A stretch of DNA of 64,000 nucleotides from NCBI GenBank assembly GCA_964016885.1, contig OZ024743.1, positions 168,206,001 to 168,270,000 on the forward strand, given 5' to 3'. The position numbers were made by a program, and so were the translations under genes. The stretch comes from Eledone cirrhosa. Lineage: Eukaryota. Below are positions 12,721 through 26,339 of the stretch, piece after piece (position 1 is the stretch's first letter; each line of letters starts with the position of its first letter). Below the pieces are notes generated by a model. The model ran no database searches. It saw only the letters and a program-made list of their open reading frames with translations, and was not told the origin of the DNA.

Positions 12721-13977
12721 AGGTACTTATGCTTCGTTGGCTTATTCCTAACAACTCATTTAGCCTGTCATATAAGTAACAATGGCTTCTCACTCTGGAG
12801 ATTTTAGAAAGTGTAGGAGAGTTCTAAGGGCAGCTAAGCCCGACTATATCTATAAATAGACAAACCTCTTGAATAATGTAAGTGAAAAGGGAGGTAACTA
12901 TGAAAAAAGCTAAGGTAGGCAACTCATGTTACACAGGGGACACTGGGTTAAGTTGAAAAGTCGAAGATAATAAGTTCAATGGTTCTGGTTTAGATAAGTT
13001 TTTCAGAACACAGTTTGCTTCATGAGGACAGTGACTCAAGCTGTCGTGGCGCGTGTTTAAGAAGCGTTTTCCCGAAGTCATTTATGAGAGTATTTTCCAT
13101 TTCTCCGAGTTACACAGCTGGCAAAATTTCGTCCCATTGACATCTTTCCAGTATCCTTCTTGTAATGGACAACTCTGTGCCTTTATTTTTGAGGTTCTAC
13201 ACACGGTTCGCGAAGTGAGTGGTATGCTTTTTATCAGGACGTTTGAATGTTTCGTGGTTCAGAAAACGGCTTGGGAACCGGCTATCAGACATTCCTACAT
13301 AATTCTAGACTTCAGTTTGGTGGTTCTGGTTAATCGAAGTCATTTTTGTTTCATATATCACTGCTGGAGTGTTGCACTGTTAATCCAGGGGGCATGCCTC
13401 AAGCTTTCTGCAAGAGCATCCGTAAAGTGGAAGGCTTTTGCGTTTCTTGTTGATGTGGGATTTCATGTTATTTGTACAAAACAGTCTATTTTCACTTTGG
13501 CAGTTGAATATTTGCTGGTATGTATGGCCTACGGGGAAGTGAAAATCTAAGAGGGCTAGGAATTTTCTATCTAAATTAATCTTCACATTGAGTGCGAATA
13601 GTGACTCTAAACACACGACGGCTTTATGTCTAGGTTTTTTCCTGTTAGATGTTGGAGGAGGGGGGATTTGGAGAGTAAGTGATTCTCTCAGAGATGCCTA
13701 CAGATCGGATTAATTGAACTTATTTTCTTCGACTTTTCAAATTAACCCCTTGGACCATTGTATAACGCAAGTTTGCCTACCTTGACTTTTTTATAGTTAA
13801 ATCCCTTTTCACTTACATTATTCAAGGGGTTTGTCTATTTATAACTGAATAGGTAATTACCTACACTTAGAACTCTCTGAAAAATTCTAAAATATCAATG
13901 CGGACAGGCCATTTTTAATTATATGATAGGCTGAATGAGTTGAGGGGAAAGACCCAAGGAAACTTAAGTACATGTCA
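12721..13977 (-). mobile_element. 5'-truncated Penelope-like element (GIY-YIG end) with inverted pseudo-LTRs
   Basis: Minus strand 13616 to 12980: HFP.GHTY.QIFN, CSCRKLEACPL, VIYE..YVGMS..RF.NH, CQLCNSEK, FLNTR...SHCPH. Arms ~12721-12980 and ~13713-13972 are diverged inverted repeats. Confidence 0.85.
13924..13977 (+). ncRNA. Hammerhead-like motif with a one-base core insertion (CUGAAUGA); degenerate partner on the minus strand at 12721-12770
   Basis: TGATAGG-CTGAATGA-GTTG..CAAG-GAAA-CTTAAG-TA-CATGTCA; the consensus of the two arms gives stem I TGACAGG/CCTGTCA. Confidence 0.6.
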
Positions 13978-14050
13978 CTGCTGTAACTAGTTATATATAT
14001 ATATATAGTCACATACATATATATATATGTGTGTGTGTGAATGTATGTGG

Positions 14051-14084
<34 letters not shown>

Positions 14085-14174
14085 GGAAAAATTTGAACAG
14101 GAACAAAACAGAGAGGCAGTACAATAAATGTTTATTAATTTCACGCTCAGGAGAGTGGGGGGTAGGTGGGGGAC

Positions 14175-14810
<636 letters not shown>

Positions 14811-14964
14811 AAAGTTCTATTTAAATTGTTGGGATACAACAAGCAAATATTTTTATAACTGATATAAAGCACTCGACAAGTATTTGGAGTAAATATACGA
14901 TATTAACTATCCTGATGTCTTCCAAAAGTAACGGTTGCATTTTGAAAGGGTACGTCAATGTTTA

Positions 14965-15067
14965 TTTATAAAACTGGAATATATTGTATTTTGTCTGATG
15001 AAGGCATACCATAATTTAACATGGTATCCTTGAAATATGTATAATAAAATAAATATGGTTTTATAAA
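14965..15067 (+). ncRNA. Type I hammerhead motif with extended stem I, between (TA)n tracts
   Basis: CTGATGA (14995)-AGGCATACCAT(aatttaac)ATGGTATCCTT-GAAA-TATG-TA; outer arms TTTATAAAAC and GTTTTATAAA pair. Confidence 0.7.
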
Positions 15068-15090
15068 TATAGTTTCCATTTGTTAATATC

Positions 15091-15146
<56 letters not shown>

Positions 15147-15267
15147 CTACCAAAATATACGGTAGTGTCCAATCCGTATGAAGAACTCAATGTAATCCAA
15201 ATTTCATGAAAAGAAAAGATGTATTCAAAACATTTTTCGATGAAAATCACACGAAAACAGAGTAAAG

Positions 15268-15652
15268 ATAAATTAATAAAAACAATGAATAAAAACAAAG
15301 AAACAGTTCCTTATATAAAAAAATTCATCATTTAACGATCGTTTCTAGGATATATATGTGTGTGTTGGTATGTATATCATATAGATCTATGTAAATATTT
15401 TACAAAGTATCAGAGGGAATATACATACATACCTACACATATATATGCTGTCTTCAGAAATAAAGATTATTTCTGAAGACAGCATATATATGTGTAGGTA
15501 TGTATATTCCCTCTGATAGTTTGTAAATTTTTTACATAGATCTATATGATATACATACCAACACACACATATATATCCTAGAAACGATCGTAAAATGATG
15601 AATTTTTTGATATAAGGAACTGTTTATTTGTTTTTATTCATTGTTTTTATTA

Positions 15653-15658
<6 letters not shown>
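15268..15658. repeat. ~390-bp fold-back element carrying a hammerhead on each strand
   Basis: Arms are near-exact reverse complements about an AGA spacer at 15464-15466. Confidence 0.9.
15469..15596 (+). ncRNA. Hammerhead motif with ~100-nt stem II (mirror copy at 15330-15461, minus strand)
   Basis: ATTT-CTGAAGA-[CAGCATATATATGTGT..GGTATGTATAT / ATATACATACC..ACACATATATATCCTA]-GAAA-CGATCG-TA-AAAT. Confidence 0.7.
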
Positions 15659-15725
<67 letters not shown>

Positions 15726-15775
15726 TATTTATATATATTTATATATATATTTATATATATATATTTATATATATA

Positions 15776-15818
<43 letters not shown>

Positions 15819-15868
15819 TTATATATACATTTATATATAAATAAATATATATATATATATATATATAA

Positions 15869-16308
15869 ATTGTTATGCTTTGGGAGGGTCATGTTGTCAA
15901 TAAGAAACACACGCACCAGATGCTTTCACTCCAATTTATTATAAATTAAATTTATAAATTTAAGAATTTATAAATTTCCGGTTGGTTCCACAACCGGACG
16001 GTTGTTCATATATTGTCAAAGTTCTTTCGTCACACATTCTGTCACCTCTTCAGTGACTGGGGATTCTTTTCTTTGTTTTTGTGCTTCTATCAAAGGAGAG
16101 GCACAAAAACAAAAAAAAAGAAAATAATTCCAGTCACTGAACCAACCAACCAACCGGAAATTTATAAATTTAATTTATAATAAATTGGAGTGAAAGTTAC
16201 CGGTGCGTGTGTTTCGTATTGGCAACATGACCCTCCCAAAGTATAACAATATCTGTTTCAACACACGTTTTCAGATAAAGAATCCTGCTAAACAAATTCA
16301 GAAACGAA
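15869..16308. mobile_element. Non-coding fold-back element (family H) in (TA)n, PLE pLTR-like
   Basis: Inverted arms centred near 16090; the right arm lacks the hammerhead core. A colinear copy lies at 29968-30283 and a terminal piece at 51792-51825. Confidence 0.8.
16014..16058 (-). ncRNA. Minimal hammerhead motif (family H)
   Basis: GTCA-CTGAAGA-GGTGACA(gaatg)TGTGAC-GAAA-GAAC-TT-TGAC on the minus strand. Confidence 0.7.
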
Positions 16309-16580
16309 ATATATATATATATATATATACACATATATCGGTATATTATATACCTAAACACATTAACTCATTCGTATATTTTGTTACTGAAACTGTCGCC
16401 CATCCTCAAATACAGTACAATGTAAAATAAGCAAGAGAATTCACAACAGAAGGGAGGGGGAGTGAAGAAGAGATATTTTTTAATTTCTCCTTTCGTTTTT
16501 TCTTTCTCCCACCCTGACATTCTTTTTCTTTCTTTCTCTTTAATCTGTCTGTCTCTCCCTCTCTCTCACTCTCTCTATCT

Positions 16581-16695
<115 letters not shown>

Positions 16696-16703
16696 TCAGG
16701 CAC

Positions 16704-16822
<119 letters not shown>

Positions 16823-17271
16823 CATGCACAAACGTACTCATTTATCTTTTGTCTGTTGACAACTTTGTGTCTTTCTTTCAACCTTCATTATCCTATTTCT
16901 CAGCGACTATCAATATTTCTCAACGCATAAACATGAATTTGGAGCTTAGTAAATAAGCCCAAGATCCACTTCTTTTGAATTTATCTGAAAATAGCCACAA
17001 TCTTTTCACAATTTCCGCGATTTTCTTGAGAACAACTAGAAAGTTCTATGAGAAAATCCCAAACTGTCAACTAATTAATAAAACATGAAAATGTAAAACT
17101 AAGTCATAAAAAAATCAGCAAGCAAACCATAAAAAGTATGAGATTTTATTTTCCGTATTATTTGCTCTATTTTTCTTGCTTTCAATTTAAGAATTTTTCC
17201 ATATACCCTGTTTGTATTTTTGTTATTTTTGTTGATTGTTGCTGTTGCTATTATTTTTGTTGATTGTTACT

Positions 17272-17649
17272 GTTGAAAAGGAAAATCAGGGTGGAGGGGA
17301 CGTGCTGCCTTCCAGCCAGTTTGTAGAGAGGTGGGTGAGAGAGCCAAGAATGGCCCTGAGCGTGTGCCTGTAGTATTGTAGGAGGAAAACTGGAAAAGGG
17401 CGCTTGCCCTCGCGGTCAGGGTGACTATGGTTTTTTGGGGGGCTTTATCCACGCGTGACCCTCGGAAGTCTCCCTACTATTGGAGAATTTTTCCTTGTTT
17501 AATTTTTTTTATACCTTTGTTTGTGTTTTTTTATGGGTTTTTTTACACGCAGAAATGTCCATTTGTACCGTCCTGTATTGTCCAGTATTGTCCTGTGCTG
17601 TCCTTAATGTTATACTTTATGTCAGCCTTTGTGGTTAATAAATAAAGCA
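17272..17649 (+). mobile_element. L1/Tx1-like LINE 3' end
   Basis: Homologous to 53570-53920 (RKIRVE..VLPSSQFVERWV); ends TAATAAATAAAGC(ATT)n. Confidence 0.75.
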
Positions 17650-17663
17650 TTATTATTATTATT

Positions 17664-19728
17664 ACAGTTGCATTTATCTTGCTTTATGTTCATACGAGTT
17701 ATCACCAAGTCACAACCAGTGACCTCAATGACAACAAGGTCCGCCATGTTCAAGAAAGAACATACATATTCACACATGCATCTTTAGTGTTTAGACTTGT
17801 GATGTACTTATATTGACAGAATCTTCCTTAGTATATGGGCAGTTCCCATTAGTACTATCTTTTGTATTTCTCCTATACGCGGGTTTCCTGGGATTTGCGA
17901 TAAGTAATCATTAGACCCCTTAGGTATCATTCCCAGAGCGCCTACAACAACTGGTATTGTTTTAGTTCTCAATTTCCACATTTTTCCAATTTCTATCTCC
18001 AGGTCCTTATACTTGCTCAATTTTTCAAATGTTTTTATAGATACATTCTTGTCTATTGGAACAGACATATCAATTAACAGGCATACCCTCTTTTGAAAGT
18101 CCTTCAATATTATATCAGGTCTATTTGCATCTATTTTTCGGTCTGTTTGGATGCTAAAGTTCCACAAGATTGAGATGTGATCTTTTTCAAGTATGGGAGG
18201 TGGTTGATGCTCCCACCAATTCTTTTGATGGGACAGGTCAAAATGCTTACACATTATCCATTGTATGTATTGTGCAGCTCTGTCATGCCTGTTTAGGTAT
18301 TCGGTTGGAGCTATAGGACTGCACATTGAAATTATATGGTCAATGGTCTCTGGTTGTTTTTTGGATACACGGCATAATGGGCTGCACCCATTTTTTATTA
18401 TGTTGGCTTGGTAATTTTTTGTTGGCAGACACTGATCTTGTGCCGATATAATCAGTCCTTCAGTCTCCGATTTCAGTCCAGAGGATGCCAACCACTGATG
18501 GATTAAAGTTTTGTCAACATCAGGATTGTTAGCTCGCTCTGGGTATTTTCCATACAGAGGCTTTTCTTGCCATTTCTTAGCCAGTTTCTGTAGCAGTTTT
18601 TTCTTCGCAGTTACTTTTACCTGCTTTGCTTTTTCTGTGTTTTCCATTTCAGCAGTAAATGGGACTTCTGAAATTTGTAGTCCATTACTGTATCTTTGTG
18701 CATCTTTTGTAATGGAATATGATCTTTTGATGCTTTCGTGTTTCAAAACGAGTTTGATCATCCAATCATGTGATTCCCTTAGATATGTAGATAATCCAAT
18801 TGTCGCAGTTTTCAACGCAATGTCTAACTGGATTAACCCACGTCCTCCTTCTTTCCTAGGGAGATATATTCTATCTATATCTGCCTTAGGGTGATGCATT
18901 CTGTGCATGGTTAAGAATTTTCGAATTTTTGTATCGAGCCTACGGATCTCTGTGCTTGACCAGTTGATGACATTGTAACTGTAGGTTACTACTTGTATGG
19001 CAAGCGTGTTTATGGCATCGATCCTATTCCTTGCATTCAATTCCGTTCTTAAGATTGCTCTTACTCTGCGGTAACATTCCTTCCTTATCCTTTCCCTCAT
19101 TGTCGAGTGCTTGATTCCGTCTCCTTCACAAACACCTAGATATTTGTAAGTTTTTTCTTGATCAAGTTCTCTTATCACGTTCCCTCGATCAAGATTAATG
19201 TCTGAACTCTTCAGCAGCTTTCCTCTGGTGAACGTTGCTTTGGCGCATTTATCTAGTCCAAACTCCATTTTAATGTAATCACTGAACTGCTCCACAGTGG
19301 ATAATAGCCCTTGCAATTGTTTATCATTTTTTGCAAATAGTTTCATGTCATCCATGTAGAACAGGTGATTAATGGTTTTGTCATAGACTTTATATCCATG
19401 TTTTGTTTCATTGAGCATTTTACTTAATGGTATAAGTGCGATGCAGAATAAAAGCGGTGATAAAGAGTCACCCTGAAAAATTCCACAATTAATATTAACT
19501 TCTCCAGCTTCCAGTGATTTTGTTTCACTATTCAAAAGGAGTGTCGTTTTCCATGTCTTCATACTGAATGACAAAAACCTCCTGACAACGGGGGATATTT
19601 TGAAAATCTCTAAACATTTTTCAATCCAACTGTGTGGCAAACTATCGAATGCTTTTTTATAATCTATCCAAGCAATTTATAGATTTTTGAGTCTATTATG
19701 ACAATCTTCCAGTATCATTTTGTTAACC
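17664..19728 (-). mobile_element. R4/Dong-like LINE family A, 5'-truncated (RT + zinc knuckle + RLE)
   Basis: 610-aa open frame 17808-19640 with GIFQGDSLSP, YMDD, YKYLG, GGRGL, CR...ETIDHIISMC, RHD, RPDII..LIDMSVP, KLSKY; both ends abut (ATT)n. Confidence 0.95.
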
Positions 19729-19778
<50 letters not shown>

Positions 19779-19780
<2 letters not shown>

Positions 19781-20039
19781 AGTTGCATTTATCTTGCTTT
19801 ATGTTCATACGAGTTATCACCAAGTCACAACCAGTGACCTCAAGAGACAACAAGGTCGGCCATGTTCAAGAAAGAACATACATATTCACACATGCATCTT
19901 TAGTGTTTAGACTTGTGATGTACTTATATTGACAGAATCTTCCTTAGTATATGAGCAGTTCCCATTAGTACTATCTTTTGTATTTCTCCTATACGCGGGT
20001 TTCTTGGGATTTGCGATATGTAATCATTAGACCCCTTAG

Positions 20040-20041
<2 letters not shown>
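19779..20041 (-). mobile_element. R4/Dong-like family A, short 3' end
   Basis: Nearly identical to 17664-17925; flanked by (ATT)n on both sides. Confidence 0.9.
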
Positions 20042-20110
<69 letters not shown>

Positions 20111-20112
20111 AT

Positions 20113-22796
20113 TTGCATTTATCTTGCTTTATGTTCATACGAGTTATCACCAAGTCACAACCAGTGACCTCAAGAGACAACAAGGTCCACCAAGAAAGAA
20201 CATACATATTCACACATGCATCCTTAGTGTTTAGACTTGTGATGTACTTATATTGACAGGATCTTCTTTAGTATATGGGCAGTTCCCCTTAGTACTATCT
20301 TTTGTATTTCTCCTATACGCGGGTTTCCTGGGATTTGCGATAAGTAGTCGTTAGACCCCTTAGGTATCATTCCCAGAGCGCCTACAACCACTGGTATTGT
20401 TTTAGTTCTCAATTTCCACATTTTTCCAATTTCTATCTCCAGGTCCTTATACTTGCTCAATTTTTCAAATGTTTTTATAGATACATTCTTGTCTATTGGA
20501 ACAGACATATCAATTAGCAGGCATACCCTCCTTTGAAAGTCCTTCAATATTATATCAGGTCTATTTGCATCTATTTTTCGGTCTGTTTGGATGCTAAAGC
20601 TCCACAAGATTGAGATGTGATCTTTTTCAAGTATGGGAGGTGGTTGATGCCCCCACCAATTCTTTTGATGGGGCAGGTCAAAATGCTTACACCATATCCA
20701 ATGTATGTATTGTGCAGCTCTGTCATTCCCGTTTAGGTATTCGGTTGGAGCTATAGGACTGCACATTGAAATTATATGATCAATGGTCTCTGGTTGTTTT
20801 TTTACATACACGGCATAATGGGTTGTATCCATTTTTTATTATGTTGGCTTGGTAATTTTTTGTTGGCAGACACTGATCTTGTGCTGATATAATCAGTCCT
20901 TCAGTCTCCGATTTCAGTCCAGAGGATGCCAACCACTGATGGGTTAAAGTTTTGTCAGCATCAGGATTGTCTGCTCGCTCTGGGTATTTTTCATACAGAG
21001 GCTTTTCTTGCCATTTCTTAGCCGTTCTGTAGCAGTTCTTTCTTTGCAGTTACTTTTACCTGCTTTGCTTTTTCTGTGTTTTCCATTTCAGCAGTAAATG
21101 GGACTTCTGAAATTTGTAGTCCATTACTGTATCTTTGTGCATCTTTTGTAATGGAATATGATCTTTTGGTGCTTTCGTGTTTCAAAACGAGTTTGATCAT
21201 CCAATCATGTGATTCCCTTAGATATGTGGATAATTCAATTGTTGCAGTTTTCAACGCAATGTCTAACTGGATTAACCCACGTCCTCCCTCTTTCCTAGGG
21301 AGATATATTCTATCTATGTCTGCCTTAGGGTGATGCATTCTGTGCATGGTTAAGAATTTTCGGATTTTTGTATCGAGCCTACGGATCTCTGTGCTTGACC
21401 TGTTGATGACATTGTAACTGTAGGTTACTACTGGTTTTGTAAGCGTGTTTATGGCATCGATCCTATTCCTTGCATTCAATTCCGTTCTTAAGATTGCTCT
21501 TACTCTGCCGTAACATTCCTTCCTTATCCTTTCCCTCATTGTCGAGTGCTTGATTCCGTCTCCTTCACAAACACCTAGATATTTGTAAGTTTTTTCTTGA
21601 TCAAGCTCTCTTATCACGTTCCCCCGATCAAGATTAATGTCTGAACTCTACAGCAGCTTTCCTCTGCTGAACGTTGCTTTGGCGCATTTATCCAGTCCAA
21701 ACTCCATTTTAATGTCATCACTGAACTGCTTCACAGTGGATAATAGCCCTTGCAATTGTTCATCATTTTTTGCAAATAGTTTCAGGTCATCCATGTAGAA
21801 CAGGTGATTAATGGTTTTGTCATAGACTCTATATCCATGTTTTGTTTCATTGAGCATTTTACTTAATGGTATAAGTGCGATGCAGAATAAAAGCGGTGAT
21901 AAAGAGTCATCCTGAAAAATTCCACAATTAATATTAACTTCTCCAGCTTCCAGTGATTTTGTTTCACTATTCAAAAGGAGTGTCGTTCTCCATGTCTTCA
22001 TACTGAATGACAAAAACCTCCTGACAACGGGGGATATTTTGAAAATCTCTAAACATTTTTCAATCCAACTGTGTGGCAAACTATCGAATGCTTTTTTATA
22101 ATCTATCCAAGCAATCGATAGATTTTTGTGTCTATTATGACAATCTTCCAGTATCATTTTGTTAACCAGAAGCTGATCCTTACAGCCATATGAGCCTCGT
22201 TTACACCCTTTCTGCTCAATGGGAAATAGGTCATTTGTTATCAGGTGGTCATATGTGTATTCAGTTAGGACTGATGTTAAAATTTTATACATTGTGGTCA
22301 AGCAGGTTATCGGTCTGTAATTTTTGGGATTGTTTGTCTCATCATTCTTCGGTAGCAGGAATGTAATGCCGTTAACTAGCCATGATGGTATCTTTTCTGG
22401 CTCCTTAACTATTTCATTGTAAAGTTGGGCTAACAGCTCATGAGACTCTGTGAAGGCATTTATCCAAAAGTTTTGTATTTTGTCTTTTCCTGGGGATGTC
22501 CATTTGCTGGTTTTTCTTAGAGCCAAGCGCAACTGTTCAACTGTTATATTTTCCCATGCTTGTTCTTCAAGGTGAGCTGTATCTTTCATTTGTCTGTCTA
22601 TCCATGGGGCATGTATGTTATGAACTTTTTCTTCGGCCCAGATCTTTTCCCAGAATTCTTGCACTTCCTCCTTGGGTGGTATTGATTTAGTAGTTATTGA
22701 TGACTTACCAATTTTTCTGTAGAAGTTTCTTTGGTTGTTTTTGAACATATTATTGTCCTTATAGAATCTAGATCGTTTTTCAAAGCGCCTTATACG
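20113..22796 (-). mobile_element. R4/Dong-like family A, 5'-truncated, frameshifted
   Basis: ORFs 21648-22748, 21018-21617 and 20248-20832: SPGKD, NYRPITCL, WIDYKKAFDS, YMDD, RLE. Confidence 0.95.
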
Positions 22797-22851
22797 ATAT
22801 ATATATTATATTATTATTATTATTATTATATATATATTATTATTATTATTA

Positions 22852-22910
<59 letters not shown>

Positions 22911-23292
22911 TTCTTTCATTATTGTTTCTGAGATATATGCCGAGTGTCTTCTTGACACCCAGGGCAAATAAATTCACAGTGTGCATTGGTAAGCCAGTTA
23001 ATACAGCACATTGATTATAATAAAAAAAAAACTGTATACATATATACACATGTGCATATGCATATGTAAATACAAGGAGGGATATCAATCTTACAGGGAT
23101 AGTGCTCTTCTCAATACGTGTGCAGTACCAGTCAAAACAATTGTTTGCACCACGTGCAGAGAGTGTAAACCAGGAATCATTCGCAAATATTGTTCTGTTC
23201 CTTTCTTGATCATTCCCAGTCCTCCCACAATGACTGGTATTGTAACGGCCTTGAGGTGCCACATTTTTTCAATTTCAATAAGCAGATATTTT
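22911..23292 (-). mobile_element. R4/Dong-like LINE 3' end (another family)
   Basis: KY..IEIEKMWHLKAVTIPVIVGGLG..VLTGTAHVLRRALSL*; flanked by (ATT)n. Confidence 0.85.
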
Positions 23293-23310
23293 ATTATTAT
23301 TATTATTATT

Positions 23311-26279
23311 CTTTGAGTCTCAGTCATTGATTTTAGTTAACTGGAAAGTTTGTTGAAATGAATATCAAGCCACTACCTGCAGCCTCAGATATTTAGGACG
23401 TATCGGAGGGTTCTTGCTGTTCCCAGCAAGCATGCCTTTTGAAGCGTTCCAAAAAGCGTGAAGGGGCCAATTTTCTTTAACCATCCCTGGAAACTTTTTG
23501 AGATAGTCCCTAGTGCGCCTATGACAATCGGGATCACTTTGACTTCATGGCAGTTCCAAATCTTTTTTACCTCCCAATTTAAGTCCTGGTATCGGTTAAT
23601 TTTCTCCCTCTCCTTCTCTTGCACTCTCGTGTCGAATGGGCAGGCCACAACCACAATCAGGCACGATCTTTTTTCTTTGTCCACAACCACCAGGTCAGGT
23701 CTATTATGTTCCAGTTTCTTGTCCGTCTGTATCCTAAAATCCCACAGCACCTTCACCTGATCGTTTTCTATCACCGCCTCTAGCTTATGCTCATACCACT
23801 TCTCAGAATGTGGTAAATTGTTTACTTTGCATAGGTGCCAGTGGATCACCCTGCCCATCACATCATGTATCCAGCCCTTATAGTGAGTCTGGGCTAGGTG
23901 TTTACACTCGGATACAATGTGAGCCACAGTCTCCTATCTCTCTCCACAGATCCTGCACAGTGGGCTAGCCTCCTCCTTGTAAATATGATGTTTCAACCAC
24001 TTCGTTTTGAGGGCCTGCTTCTGCGCAGCCATTAACATTCCTTCTGTAGCCTTTTTAAGGTCTCCTCTTTTTAACCAGTTCCATGTCTGTGGATCTCTAA
24101 ATTCAGTTTTCTCAAAGAAGGTACTATGAAGGGATTTTTCCTGAAGGCTGCTCTTTCTCCTTGATGTTATTTCCTCCTTGGACATCCCCTGGCCTATTGT
24201 CCCCTCCTTCAGTACAGTTCTGAGCATTGGCTCCTTACTATCAGTCACGTATTTGTGTAGGTTGTTTTTCTCCATCTGAACACAGTCCTCTATGCTGATA
24301 AGACCTCTTCCACCTTCAGATCTCCTTAAGTAGAGTCTATCGACATCACTCCTCTTGTGGAACATGTTACAACATGTTCCACAAGAGGAGTGATGTCGAT
24401 AGCTTCCTAGTCTTCCTATCCATTTCTTTTTGTTCAGCAACATTCCATCTCAGAATTCCCGCACTGTACCTATTAATAGACACAGCTCGGGAAATTACTG
24501 CACTTATGGCATTCCTACTGTTCAGATGTGACTTTAATACGCTCCTTACTCTCCGAATGTATTTAGTTCTTATCAATTCCTTCTTTTTTCGTTCTTGATG
24601 TCATCAGCCTCCAGAACGCCCAAATACTTGTATCCTTCTTCAGAGTTAATTTCCTTTATCATCTCACCTGTTGGTACCTGGATTCCGTTACTTCTGCTCA
24701 ACTTACCCCTCATCATCACAATGACTCCACACTTACTAATACCAAATTGCATACATATATCATTGCTGAAAATACGGACAGTGTCAACAAGCACATCCAA
24801 CTCCTTATCACTCTTCCCGAAGAGCTTAAGATCGTCCATGAAGAGGAGGTGATTGATGGTAAGCCCTCCCTTTCCCAACCTGTATCCTGCTCTCACTTTT
24901 CGCAGTACACTGGTCAGGGGCATCAGGGCAAGGACAAACAACAGAGGGGGCAGACTATGATCCTGGAAGATACCTCCCTTGATCTTCACGCTTCCCTAGG
25001 ATTCTCCAGTTGATGTTAACTCTATTTCCCAGGACTTCATACTTTTGCCCAACAACTGTCTGATGTTATCTGCCACCTTAAAGATCTCCAGGCTTTTGGT
25101 GATCCAAGAATGAGGCACCATGTCAAATGCCTTTTTGTAGTCTATCCCTCCCATGGCAAGACCAGTGTGTCTCCTCTTGCAATTCCTCATTACCATCTTA
25201 TCAATAAGTAACTGGTTCTTTGTACCACTTGACTTCTTTCGGCATCCTTTCTGTTCATCCGGTAACAAGTTGTTTGCATGGAGGTGATGGTAGATTTCCT
25301 CAGACATAATGCTTGTCAACAGTTTCCACATTACGGACAGACATGTGATAGGTCTATAGTTGGTAACATCATTACCCTTGATTCGGTCTTTCATTATCAG
25401 AACTGTTGTACCTTTTGTCAACCACTCTGGTACCTCACCTGACACCAAGCAGTCATTGAACATGGTTGTCAGTTTCGGGTGGAGGGATGTTATATTTTTA
25501 ATGCAATACCCCTGCACACCATCTGGGCCTGGTGATTTCCAGTTGGTTAGTTTTTTGGCCTGCCCCTTAAGAGTTTCAACTGTGATACTCAAATCAGTTT
25601 GTTGGTGTGCCTGTTCACTAATCTCCTTCTGTACTGTCTCAATCCACACTGCCTGGTCATTGTGTTTAACATCCTGCTCCCATATTCCTCTCCAGAATGT
25701 TTTAGTTTGTTCCGCCTCAGGGATCAAGTCGTTGCCTCTTTCTTTCCCCTCAAGCTGTCCAAACAGCATCTTCTGGTTGTTGTCAAACATGCGGTTCTGT
25801 CTATACTGACTGACTCTATTCTCGTATCGCCTGATTTTTGCACTCTTTGCTACAATGCGTTGCTTCAGTTCTTCTATGATAATATTTAGCTTTTTCCTCC
25901 TAGTTTTGTACTTTATTTCCAGTCTATTTTTAGTGTCTATGTTTTTTAGTGCCCCATTCAGTAGGGACTCAAGCTTTCCAATGTCATTTCTCATTTCCCT
26001 GATTTGACCACTCAGTCGTTTCTTCCACCAAGGCTCTGCTCTTTCTTGTCTGTTGTTTCCTCTCGCTTTTATACCAAGTAGTTTCCTCACCGTATTTGCT
26101 GTTGCTTTGAGGATATTGTTGCACTGGTGAAGGCTCCTCGCTTCAAGGTATGGGATGACTTTGTTTACCTTAGCTGTTGTTTCTTTTATCTTTTTCCTGT
26201 CTACAAATCTTAGGTTCATAGGTCTCCCACTATCATTGTTCAATTCATCTACCACTAAGTTTAGGATATAAACCAAATC
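23311..26279 (-). mobile_element. R4/Dong-like LINE family B, degenerate
   Basis: ORFs 24996-26276, 24573-24989, 23934-24443 and 23385-23927 with PWW, KSPGPDG, YRPITCL, DYKKAFD, FMDD, CRIC..HIVSEC, RPDLVV; (ATT)n at both ends. Confidence 0.95.

Positions 26280-26339
<60 letters not shown>

Noticed and set aside
12980-13616. Selenocysteine recoding as reported for some Naiad PLEs
   Set aside because: The stop next to the Cys cluster is TAA and the cysteines checked are TGY; no supporting in-frame TGA seen.
17650-23311. Repeat-spacer appearance suggestive of a CRISPR-like array
   Set aside because: The units are LINE 3' ends separated by (ATT)n; eukaryotic context and no cas genes.
18511-25889. 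Plus-strand ORFs overlapping the R4-like LINEs (and minus-strand ORFs over Tx1 at 61-63 kb)
   Set aside because: Antisense shadows of RT frames with no recognisable motifs.
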